Shown here: one piece after another, positions 35,101 through 47,100 of the stretch
How positions within the stretch are numbered: position 1 is the stretch's first letter
How the letters are laid out: every line of letters starts with the position of its first letter
Origin: Malacoraja senta
Lineage: Eukaryota
DNA: 64,000 bases
Direction: 5' to 3'
NCBI GenBank assembly: GCA_038087875.1
Contig: CM075991.1
Location: 13,518,001-13,582,000, forward strand
The notes under the pieces: model-generated
What the model saw: the letters and a program-made list of their open reading frames with translations, nothing else
What the model was told of the DNA's origin: nothing
Databases searched by the model: none
Position numbers and translations under genes: made by a program

Positions 35101-38100
35101 TGTTGCATTTTGGGACGTCGAACAAGGGCAAGACCTACACAGTGAATGGTAGGCCTCTGGGGAGTGTTGTAGAGCTGAGGGATCTAGGAATACTGGTGCA
35201 TGGTTCCTTGAAGGTCAAGTCGCAGGTGGATAAGGTGGTCAAAAAGGCTTTTGGCACTTTGGCCGTCATCAGTTAGAGGATTGAGTATAGAAGTTGGGAG
35301 GTCATGTTGCAGTTGTATAAGACGTTGGTGAGACCGTAATTAGAATATTGTGTTCACTTCTGGCCACCATGTTATAGGAAGATATTGTCAAGCTTGAAAG
35401 GGTTCAGGAAATATTTCTGAGGATGTTGCTAGGAACTAAAGGGTGTGAGCTATAAGGAGAGGTTGCGTAGGCTGGGTCTCTGTTCCATGGAGCGCAGGAG
35501 GATGAGGGGTGATCTTATAGAGGTGTACAAAATCATGAGAGGAATAGATCAGGTAGATGCACAGGGTGTCTTGCCCAGAGTAGGAAAATTGAGGACTAGA
35601 GGACATAGATTCAAGGTGAAGAGGAAAAGATTTAATAAGAATCTGAGGGGTAACCTTTTCACACAAAGGGTGGTGAGTGTATGGAACAAGCTGCCAGAGT
35701 AGGTAGTTGAGGCTGGGATTAAAAATGGTTAGACAGGTATGTGTAAGAAAGAGCTGCAGATGCTGGTTTAAATCGAAGGTAGACACAAAATGCTGGAGTA
35801 ACTCAGCCGGTGAGGCAGCATCTCTGGAGAGAAGGAATGGGCAATGTTTCGGGTCCAGACTGATGTCAGGGGAGCGGGCAGGACAAAGATAGAATGTAGG
35901 CGTAGACAGTAAGACTAGTGGGAGAACTGGGAAGGGGAAGGGGATGGAGAGAGAAAGCAAGGGCTACCTGAAGTTAGAGAAGTCAATGTTCATACCGCTG
36001 GGGTGTAAACTACCCAAGCGAAATATGAGGTGCTGTTCCTCCAATTTGCGCTGGGCCTCACTCTGACAATGGAGGAGGCCCAGGACAGAAAGGTCAGATT
36101 GGGAATGGGAGGGGGAGCTGAAGTGCTGAGCCACCGGGAGATCAGGTAGGTTAAGACGGACCGAACAGAGGTGTTCAGTGAAACGATCGCCGAGCCTGCG
36201 CTTGGTCTCGCCGATGTAGAGAAGTTGACACCTGGAACAGCGGATACAGTAGATGAGGTTGGAGGAGGTGCAAGTGAACCTCTGCCTCACCTGGAAAGAC
36301 TGTTTGGGTCCTTGGATGGAATCGAGGAGGGAGGTAAAGGGACAGGTGTTGCATCTCCTGCGGTTGCAGGGGAAAGTACCTGGGGAAGGGATGGTTTAGG
36401 TTGGATGGGACGAGTTAACCAGGGAGTTTCGGAGGGAACGGTCTCTGCGGAAAGCAGAAAGGGGTGGAGATGGGAAGATGTGGCCAGTAGTGGGATCCCA
36501 TTGGAGGTGGCGAAAATTTTGGAGGATTATATGCTGTATGCGAAAGTGTTTTTAGGCTGATGGGGTGGAAGGTGAGGACAAGGGGGACTTTGTCCTTGTT
36601 ACGAATGGGGGAGGGCGGGAGTAAGAGCGGAGCTGCGGGATACTTTTTTGTGAGGGCCTCATATATAATGGAAGAGGGGAACCCCAGTTTCCTAAAGAAG
36701 TTAGACAGGTACATGGATAGGACAGGTTTGGAGGGATATGGACCAAGCGCAGGGAAGTTGGACTAGTGTAGCTGGGACATTGTTGCCGGTGTGGGCGAGT
36801 TGGGCCGAAGGGCTTGTTTCCACACTGTTTCACTCTATGACTCTATGGAAGGCAGAATTTGTGGAAAAAAAGAACATTTCAGGTCCATGATCCAGGCCTG
36901 TTAACTGCTGAGTGTTAACGGTTTCTCTTTCCATAGATGCTGCTTGACCAACTCGGTGTTCCGGCATTTTGTTTTTAGGCCACAACAGAGCATTTGCAGT
37001 GGCCAAACATTGTATCATTTCTATTGCTTCCCTCATGATGCGATGTTATTAACAATTATTTTCTGTTTAGCTGTTTGATCACATTGCAAAGTGCCTAGCG
37101 GATGTCATGCGTGAACTGGACATCAAGGATACAAAGCTTCCTCTGGGCTTCACATTTTCGTTTCCCTGCCAACAGTCCAAGCTTGATGAGGTGAGCTCAC
37201 AATTTTAGCATTTGCATGAAGTTTGTTTCATTTTGTGACCCACATCCCATATCTACCTGTATTTATAATGTATTCATTAAATACAAGTTGGTGGTGGTTT
37301 GTTGAAGCAGCATCAGTGTCTACATCAACAGAGATTTTTGCATCATAGTTCATCTGAGTATACAACAGCAATTGGAGCAATTTCCCTGCCTTTTTTTCAG
37401 TAAAGGAACAGAAGAGTAAAATATATGAACAAAAAATTAAAGACTTTGAATATATAACATAATTCTGTTGGTGGAGACTTTGTTTTTGGATCTAACTTTA
37501 TTATTTAAATCTTGGTCCATTGCCCTGGTATGTTTTATATTATCCAATTTTCTTTTCTTATTTTCTGCTGCAGAGTATTTTGCTTTCTTGGACCAAAGGA
37601 TTTAAGGCGAGCGGTGTTGAAGGACAAGACGTAGTCAGCCTATTGCATAAAGCTATCGAGAGGCGAGGGGTATGTATCAGTATTGAGCCAACCACCAGGT
37701 GGTTTTCCTGAAACATGGACAAATGTACATATCGGTGAGCCGTCCTTCCAGGGAAAGCGTTGAACTGTTTGGTGTCTTTTTGTTTTTTGGACAGGATTTT
37801 GATATCGATATTGTTGCTGTGGTGAATGACACAGTGGGCACCATGATGTCTTGTGGCTATGAAGACCACAACTGTGAGATAGGACTCATTGTTGGTAGGT
37901 AGACATGTTTAATGTTAACTGGGTGTGGTTAGGGTTGTTTGTGGTTGAATGTGGCTTTGCACTTGCAGTCTGTCAGGACACAGTTCTGTCAAAGCTCAAG
38001 ATTTTGTCTGTGTGATGGGTAGAGGAAAAATGTAAATGAAACTAGTTGAGTCAATTTGTCCTTCATCTCGAATGGGAAGGCTGGAGGAGACCATGTGGTT

Positions 38101-41100
38101 TATGGCTCACTGCAAGGGCTGTTTTATTTGCCACAATCCTCCGCAATATAAAACTTGCAAGTTTATCTCCTTCACAGATTTATTGATTTCATTTTTTTTA
38201 ATGTATTGGTAGCCTTCATGATCATTAATGCCAATTGCCTAATTGCTTCCCAACTCTCCTCGGCTTGCTTTGATCTTTTATAATTCCCCCACAAATTTTC
38301 TTCATGATAGTGAGTTGGTGCACAGGAAGTGTGTACGAAGGATGCTGATTCACACTGAAGATAGACACAAAATGCCAGAGTAACTCAGTGGGTCAGCATC
38401 TCTAAAGAAAAGGAATAGGTAATGTTTCGGGTTGAGACCCTTCATCAGACCGAAACGTCACATAGGAAGTATCAGTATTAACCTGTTTAAGAAGGAACTG
38501 CAGATGATGGAAAATCAAAGGTAGACAAAAATGCTGGAGAAACTCAGCGGGTGAGGCAGCATCTATGGAGCGAATGTCGCCTATTTCTTTCGCTCCATAG
38601 ATGCTGCCTCACCCGCTGAGTTTCTCCAGTATTAACCTGTTTCATAGAAACATAGAACAAAGAAAATAGGTGCAGGAGTAGGCCATTCGGCCCTTCGAGC
38701 CTGCACCGCCATTCAATATGATCATGGCTGATCATCCAACTCAGTATCCTGTACCTGCCTTCTCTCCATACCCCCTGATCCCCTTAGCCACAAGGGCCAC
38801 ATCTAACTCCCTCTTAAATATAGCCAATGAACTGGCCTCAACTACCTTCTGTGGCAGAGAATTCCACAGATTCACCACTCTCTGTGTGAAAAATGATTTT
38901 CTCATCTTGGTCCTAAAAGACTTCCCCCTTATCCTTAAACTGTGACCCCTTGTTCTGAACTTCCCCAACATCGGGAACAATCTTCCTGCATCTAGCCTGT
39001 CCAACCCCTTAAGAATCTTGTAAGTTTCTATAAGATCCCCCCTCAATCTTCTAAATTCTAGCGAGTACAAGCCGAGTCTATCCAGTCTTTCTTCATATGA
39101 AAGTCCTGACATCCCAGGAATCAGTCTGGTGAACCTTCTCTGTACTCCCTCTATGGCAAGAATGTCTTTCCTCAGATTTGGTGACCACAACTGTACGCAA
39201 TACTCCAGGTGTGGCCTCACCAAGACCCTGTACAACTGCAGTAGAACCTCCCTGCTCTTATACTCAAATCCTTTTGCTATGAATGCTAACATACCATTCG
39301 CTTTCTTCACTGCCTGCTGCACCTGCATGCCTACTTTCAATGACTGGTGTACCATGACACACAGATCTCGTTGCATCTCCCCTTTTCCTATTCAGCCACC
39401 ATTCAGATAATAGTCTACTTTCCTGTTTTTGCCACCAAAGTGGATAACCTCACATTTATCCACATTATACTGCATCTGCCATGCATTTGCCCACTCACCC
39501 AACCTATCTAAGTCACCTTGCAGCCTCCTAGCATCCTCCTCACAGCTAACACTGCCCCCAGCTTTGTGTCATCTGCAAACTTGGAGATGTTGCATTCAAT
39601 TCCCTCATCCAGATCATTAATATATATTGTAAATAGCTGGGGTCCCAGCACTGAGCCTTGCGGTACCCCACTAGTCACTGCCTGCCATTCTGAAAAGGAC
39701 CCGTTTACTCCTACTCTTTGCTTCCTGTCTGCCAGCCAGTTCTCTATCCACATTAATACTGAACCCCCAATACCGTGTGCTTTAAGTTTGCATACTAATC
39801 TCTTATGTGGGACCTTGTCGAAAGCCTTCTGAAAGTCCAGATATAACACATACACTGGTTCTCCCTTATCCACTCTACTAGTTACATCCTCGAAAAATTC
39901 TAGAAGATTCGTCAGACATGATTTACCTTTCATAAATCCATGCTGACTTTGTCCAATGATTTCACCACTTTCCAAATGTGCTGCTATCCCATCTTTAATA
40001 ACTGACTCCTGACTCTAGCATTTTCCCCACTACCGATGTTAGACTAACTTGTCTGTAATTCCCCGTTTTCTCTCTCCCTCCCTTTTTAAAAAGTGGGGTT
40101 TCATTAGCTACCCTCCAATCCTCAGGAACTACTCCAGAATCTAAAGAGTTCTGATAAATTATCACTAATGCATCCACTATTTCTGGGGCTACTTCCTTTA
40201 GTACTCTGGGATGCAGCCTGTCTGGCCCTGGTGATTTATCGGCCTTTAATCCATTCAATTTACCTAACACCACTTCCCGGCTAACCGGGATTTCACTCAG
40301 TTCCTCCATCTCATTTGACCCCCGGTCCCCTGCTATTTCCGGCAGATTATTTATGTCTTCCTTAGTGAAGACAGAACCAATGTAGTTATTCAATTGGTCT
40401 GCCATATCCTTGTTCCCCATGATCAATTCACCTGTTTCTGACTGCAAGGGACCTACATTTGTTTTAACTAATCTTTTTCTCTTCACATATCTATAAAAAA
40501 ACGTTTGCAGTCAGCTTTTATGTTCCCTGCCAGTTTTTTTTCATGATCTATTTTCCCTTTCCTAATTAAGCCCTTTGTCCTCCTCTGCCGACTATGAATT
40601 TCTCCCAGTCCTCTGGTAGGCTGCTTTTTCTGGCTAATTTGTATGCTTCATCTTTTGTTTTGATACTATCCCTGATTTCCTTTGTTATCCACGGATGCGC
40701 TACCTTCCCTGATTTATTCTTTTGCCATACTGGGATGAACAATTGTTGTAGTTCATCCATGCAGTCTTTAAATGCCTTCCATTGCATATCCACCGTCAAC
40801 CCTTTAAGAATCACTTGCCAGTCTATCTTGGCCAATTCACATCTCATACCCTCAAAGTTACCCTTCTTTAAGTTCAGAACCCTTGTTTCTGAATTAACAA
40901 TGTCACTCTCCATCCTAATGAAGAACTCAACCATATTATGGTCACTCTTGCCCAAGGGGCCACGCACAACAAGACTGCTAAAGGCTCTGTCTCACGGTGT
41001 TGCGGTCATCGGCGGTGAAGCGCGGCTTCGCCTGTAGAGGGGACCGCACGGCAACGGCGAGAGCGCCGAGCCTATGCCACGGGAGCGCCGCACGGATGCT

Positions 41101-44100
41101 GCGCGGGGGCCGAGTGATTTAAATACGGCTGGTCCCACGTGCTTGCGGTAAGTAAAAAAAAAGGGTGGGCCGACTGCGATGACGTCATTTTGGATCTGCG
41201 GGGCTGTGGCGGCGGCCGTGCTGATTGTGGCGCTGTGCGGTGGCTGTCGCCACGGCCGTGCCGCACACGTGACTCACTAGCGGCGGCTGTGGCGGCGGCG
41301 GCGCTGTAGCGGTGGCTGTGGCGGCGGCCGTGCCGGCGGTCGTGCCTCACTGGCGGAGGCTGTGGCAGTGCAAGTTCGACGCACGGCGCTCGTGCCACAC
41401 TGGCGGCGGCTGTGGCGGCGGCCGTGCCGCACTCGTGCCTCACTGGCGGAGGCTGTGCGGTAGGGACATATTTTTGAACAGTGTTGGTTTTATTTTAGCA
41501 CCGTGCGATGTTGTGAACAACGCCGCACGGCCCCGGAATTGTGCGTTTGACCGAGTGCGCGGTCTATGGCGGCCCAGGAGCGGTAGATTCTTCCTGTTTC
41601 GCCGCCAATGACCGCAGACTCGTGAGACAGGCCTTTTACCAACCCTTCCTCATTACTCAATACCCAGTCTAGAATAGCCTGTTCTCTCGTTGGTTCCTCT
41701 GCATGTTGGTTTATAAAACTATCCCGCATACATTCCAAGAAACCCTCTTCCTCAGCACCCCTGCCAATTTGATTCACCCAATCTATATGTAGATTGAAGT
41801 CACCCATTATAACTGTTTTACCTTTGTTGCACGCATTTCTAATATCCTGTTTGATGCCATCCCCAACTCCACTACTACTGTTAGGTGGCCTGTACACAAC
41901 TCCCACTAGCGTTTTCTGCCCCTTAGTTTTTCGCAGCTCTACCCATATCGATTCCACATCCTCGAAGCTAATGTCCTTCCTTTCTATTGCGTTAATCTCC
42001 TCTCTAACCAGCAACGCTACGCCACCTCCTTTTCCTTTCTGTCTATCCCTCCTGAATATTGAATATCCCTGGATGTTCAGCTCCCAGCCTTGGTCACCCT
42101 GGAGCCATGTCTCCGTGATCCCAACTATATCATATTCATTAATAACTATCTGCATCTCACTTGACTGTTAGGTTGTGATCGAGTCATGCAGCACTGATAC
42201 AAGCCCTTTGGCCCATCATAATCATGCTGACCATCAAGTACCTATCCATACCATGCCATTTATCAACATTTGATCATTGCCTTGACCATTCCAGTGCTTG
42301 TCCAGTTACATCCATTCAAGCAGTGTGTTCCAGATTCTAAATGTTCTCTGGGTGAAATAGTTTTTCCTATAACCTCTTACCCCTAACCCTAAATTCATGC
42401 TTCTGGTTTAAGATATCTCTTCTATGAGCAAAAGTTTTATTTTATCTTTCCTCCCCATGCCTCAGAATTTTGTGCATCTTTATCAAGTTGCTGCACAGCC
42501 TGCTCGGCTCCAAGGAAACACCATCTATCCAGTCTCTCCTCATAAGTGAAATGCTCCACCCAGGCAACGTTCTCCCCAGTGTTATCACATCATTCCCATT
42601 ATGTGGTGACCAGAACTGTACACAGTACTCCAGCTCTGGCCTACCAGACATTTTATAAAGTTTATCATGGTCTCCATGCTATCATATTTTATGCCCTGTC
42701 TAATGAAGGGAAAGATCACGTTCCTTACTACCTGTACTGCCACTTTCACGCAACCTTGGACTTGTACAATAAAAATGGAATTCATGTTTAATTTTAGAGA
42801 CATTTTGTTTTATACCTCAGCAAATCTTCAGTACCTCAACCAAACTATCATGTTCTTATAGCTTCCTCCTCCCATGAGCTAATTGAGTAGATGTGGCAAG
42901 ACTGCGTATCTTTGATAGAGTCAGAGTCGTAGAGAGATACAACGTGGAAACAGGCCCTTCGGCCCAACTTGCCCACACCGGCCAACATGTCCCAGCTACA
43001 CTAATCCCACCTGCCTCTGCTTGATCCATATCCCTCCAAACCTGTCCTATCCATAAATCTGGATCTGATCTGATGTTGGCTGGGAGATGGCTTTGTTTTG
43101 TCCATTACAGTCTCTTCCAGTTCACATGTTGCCACCTAGTTTATTTTAGGTACAGCTGATGTTGCTCCTGTCATATCCTCTGAGCTCACTGCTCCAGCCT
43201 TAACCCACAAGCTCTACATCACCTCCCAACCTCTTGCTATGTCCACCTTTCCTTTCCCTGCATGACTGTTACCCACCAGCCAACCTCCCCCCACTTCATT
43301 CTGGTTACTTCCCCTGCAATCCTAGTCGAAATGAAGGATTGCGACTTGAAACAGCAACTTCCCTCCACAAATGCTGCCTGACCCACTGAATTCCTCCAGC
43401 TGCTCTTCCATTTTTTTGCTACAGATTCCAACATCTGCATTTCCTTGTGCTTAAATTAATTCACAAGGTTACTACCTATATAGTAGAGTTAGGGGTGTGC
43501 TGGGCCATAGCATTATAGATGTATTACTTACAGTGTGTTCTCACAACTTAGAGGAGCACTAATTCATCATTTGAGGGAACATAGGAGGTGGTAATCAGAT
43601 GAAGCTGTCCATACTCACATTTGACCAGATGCCATGAGATTTCATGTATCTAGCATCAACACTGTTCACTCCCATCTGTATGCAGTCTTGTGATGAGCTG
43701 GCACATTGAGTAAAGGTTTAACTCTATGAGCACAGCTATATCAAGCTATTGAGGTAATTGTCTCAAATTAGACACCTCTTCCTGCTGGGTCTGCTCCAAG
43801 TCACACTCCTCCTTGCCTTACCGAGCCTTTGTCATTGCTAAACCAAAACACTGGGATTCCCTTCCCAAATGTCCTGTGATCCAGAGTCATGTATCGGCTG
43901 TACTATCCTCCTCTGAAGGAAGGGCATGTGAGCTTGATATTTACAACAGTGCCAAGGGCTGTGGAACTCAGATAGTGTTTAAAACAGACCAATACATTTC
44001 TGGATATTATAGAACTTATTGCCTCTGGGTTTCAGTAGATGACATGGGGAAGCAGTTTAAAGTGGTGCAGTGATAATCTTGATATATATGTTCATGAATC

Positions 44101-47100
44101 TGGACAGTCTCCACATCTGACAATAAAACATCTTGACTCTTTGGGAAGAGCTGGTCTCTTCCTGCCCAGCATTCTCCTGATTATATGAATTGCAAGAATG
44201 ACTTTTATGGAGACAATGCAGGGAAATCATGGTCAGCCATATCTACATTGTCTATGTGGAATGGTGCAGCAGGCTCAAGGGCTAATGGCTTAACCTCATT
44301 ATAATGTTTAAGATCGTGAACTGTGCGCCACCATTAAAAAAAATAAAATTAATTTCTTTGAATCCCAAGTTTTTGACTGAATTCAAATTCTGCGAATAGA
44401 CTTGGGATTTAAAATCATTTATCTGAATTGATAGCCCAGGGTTCTAGGATACTATCCTGGTAATTTAATCACTGTAGCTCAGGATCTTCTGTTACTGTGT
44501 TGTGTTTATAATGTGCATTGTGGTATTTTCTGTGTAACATTTTGCTTGTATTTCTACAGGTACTGGCACAAATGCTTGTTACATGGAAGAGATGCGGCAC
44601 ATTGACTTGGTAGAAGGAGACGAAGGGAGGATGTGCATCAATATGGAGTGGGGCGCGTTTGGTGATCAGGGAGAACTGGATGATATTAGAACAGATTTTG
44701 ACATGGAGATTGACAGTGGGTCCATCAATCCAGGAAAACAGCTGTAAGTCATAAACATAGTTACTCTTAAGATGCAGGGAAGGAAACATTTGTTACCCAT
44801 TGCATCTGTGTTTTGGCTACATGTCACTGAAGTCCATGCGATGAACATGGATCTCACTTTTGGTGTTAATTGGGGAATAGCATTTTGACACCGGGACAAT
44901 CATGGGGAATGTGATCCAACTGATTGGTGTGACTTAGAAGCCAGCCTTGGTACCAGCAATAACGTCTGTAGTTCTATTGAGCGGCTCTTTCCATTCCATT
45001 ATCTTGATCACCACAAGGATTCATAAGAAACTGAATGAAATCTATGAGAAGTCATAATATCAGTCATGGTGATATGGTTATCCTCTCTGTATCTCTGAAG
45101 GTGTGAACCTCTTGTCATGCCATCAGGGACATGTCGATAGGTCGGTGGGCTTTGTACCTACCTCTATAACATCCAATGTCTAGATTAGCGCATGAACATT
45201 AGCTGAAGCAATGCTTATTAGTGATGCTGGTGCGTTTCAAAATTCACCTCTGCACCCAAGACAACAAGGCTGAGCCTGCAGAAGTTAAATAAACTGTAAG
45301 TTTAAAGTCAGAACTGATTCTTGCCAAATGGTTGCACATAGGATGAAGCACTTTTTTAATGTTCTGATTCATAATGGAATATTTGAAAGAAAGTGCATAA
45401 AGCTCAGAACTTAAATGCTAAATCACCCTGGCCATTTTCCATGTTGGTTTAGGGTTTCTTTCCTGTCTCATGGAGCAGCAGGTAAAGTGAAGTTGTGGCA
45501 TAGGAAGGATGTTGCTATTATCACAATGTAAGTCTTGATGAAAATGGACAGGCTTATTGGGACACCTAGTCTTTTCCTACCTGGCATTTTTCTGCTGATA
45601 TTAATTACAAGTATAAAAATGTGGCCCTAGCTTAAACAAAGAATCCAATACTGTATGGCCAGAACAAACATGTGCTTTCAAACTGTCTTATTTCTGCAGG
45701 TTTGAGAAGATGATTAGTGGAATGTATATGGGCGAACTTGTTCGACTTATCTTAGTGAAGATGGCAAAGGATGGTCTGCTGTTTAGGGGAAAACTCACGC
45801 CAGAACTACTTGTCAAAGACAACTTTGAAACCCAATTTGTCTCAGCAATAGAGAAGTAAGCAAAACCTTTCTTGTAAACAGCTGTCAGTTGGTGAGGCTG
45901 AGGAACTATCTGCCAGATGATTCACAGATTATTTTTATATATTGATTTGAGGAATTGAGGAAGGAATTAACAAAATTAACTTGAACATTTTTTTACCAAT
46001 GGAAGCAGATCAAATAACTAAGCACATCAAAACAAGACTGATCAAGAAACAAAACAAAATGTTTTTTCCAGCAGTTTGTTTTGTGCTCGAGATTCCAGCA
46101 ACTGCACTCTTGTATCTCAAAAACAACATTATTGGGAAATTAAAGAGAAAAACAGGAGAATATTTGTTAATCCATGTCAAACTAATTTGTAGAAAAGTCA
46201 TCACAGAAAACCATAGAATAAGAAATATCTTGCAGCTAGATACATTTGAAGAAACTCTGGCAGTTGTGTGTGTCACTGGTAGGTCCAGCATTTATTGCCC
46301 ATTGCTAGCTCCTATTGGCCCTTCACAGAACATGGTAGTCAACCATATTGGGACATATGCCAGGCTTATTTCTTTAAAAAGTTATCGTGAACCAAGTGAG
46401 TTATGCAAATTAAAGATATTTGAGTTCACATTCTCATTTCAACGTTATCCATCTGACGTTATCAATTAAGATTTAAATCTGAATCACAGACTAATATATT
46501 GCCACATCAAATTCTAATGAGAAAAGACATTGAAGGTAAGGCAAGACACTAAATGCTGACATTTTTTGTGAGAAACAATGTGCTGGAGGAACAGTGGATT
46601 CTGCAGCATCTGGAGAGGGAATGGACAGACAGCGTTTTGGATTGCTGCCCTTTTTCAGACTGATGGGGTTCCAACTTGAAAAGTCCATTCCCTCCACAGA
46701 TGTTGTTTGACCTGCTGAGTTCTTCAAGCACTTTGCTTTTGCTCAAGAAACAAATGCACCATTCTCAAAAATTCTTAAGTGGAAGTTAAATTTATTGAAT
46801 TAAAAAGTAAAATCTTGGGAGTAATTAATATTTAACAACTTCCTCTCTGCCTATCATTTCAGGGACTCTGATGGACTGCAGAGGGCACATGGTATTCTAA
46901 ACAAACTGGGTCTGGAGCCAACATCAGATGACTGTATAGCATTACGCCGGATTTGTAGCATAGTATCGACCCGGTCGTCCGATCTCTGTGCTGCCACACT
47001 TGCCGCTGTGCTGAGGCGTATCCAAGAAAACAAAGGGCTCCAGAGAATGCAGACCACGATTGGTGTGGATGGGACTGTGTACAAGATGCACCCCCAGTGA

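Noticed and set aside
35964..36290. Stand-alone GIY-YIG nuclease or homing endonuclease gene
   Set aside because: It is the C-terminal domain of a truncated Penelope ORF, with upstream frameshifts, a pseudo-LTR and a TSD.
40982..41635. CpG-island promoter or Ala-rich ORFs in intron 6
   Set aside because: The segment is bounded by TIRs and splits a CR1 reading frame, so it is a MITE.
45981..46469. 162-aa ORF in intron 8
   Set aside because: AT-rich, non-ATG start, no recognisable domain; consistent with a chance ORF.
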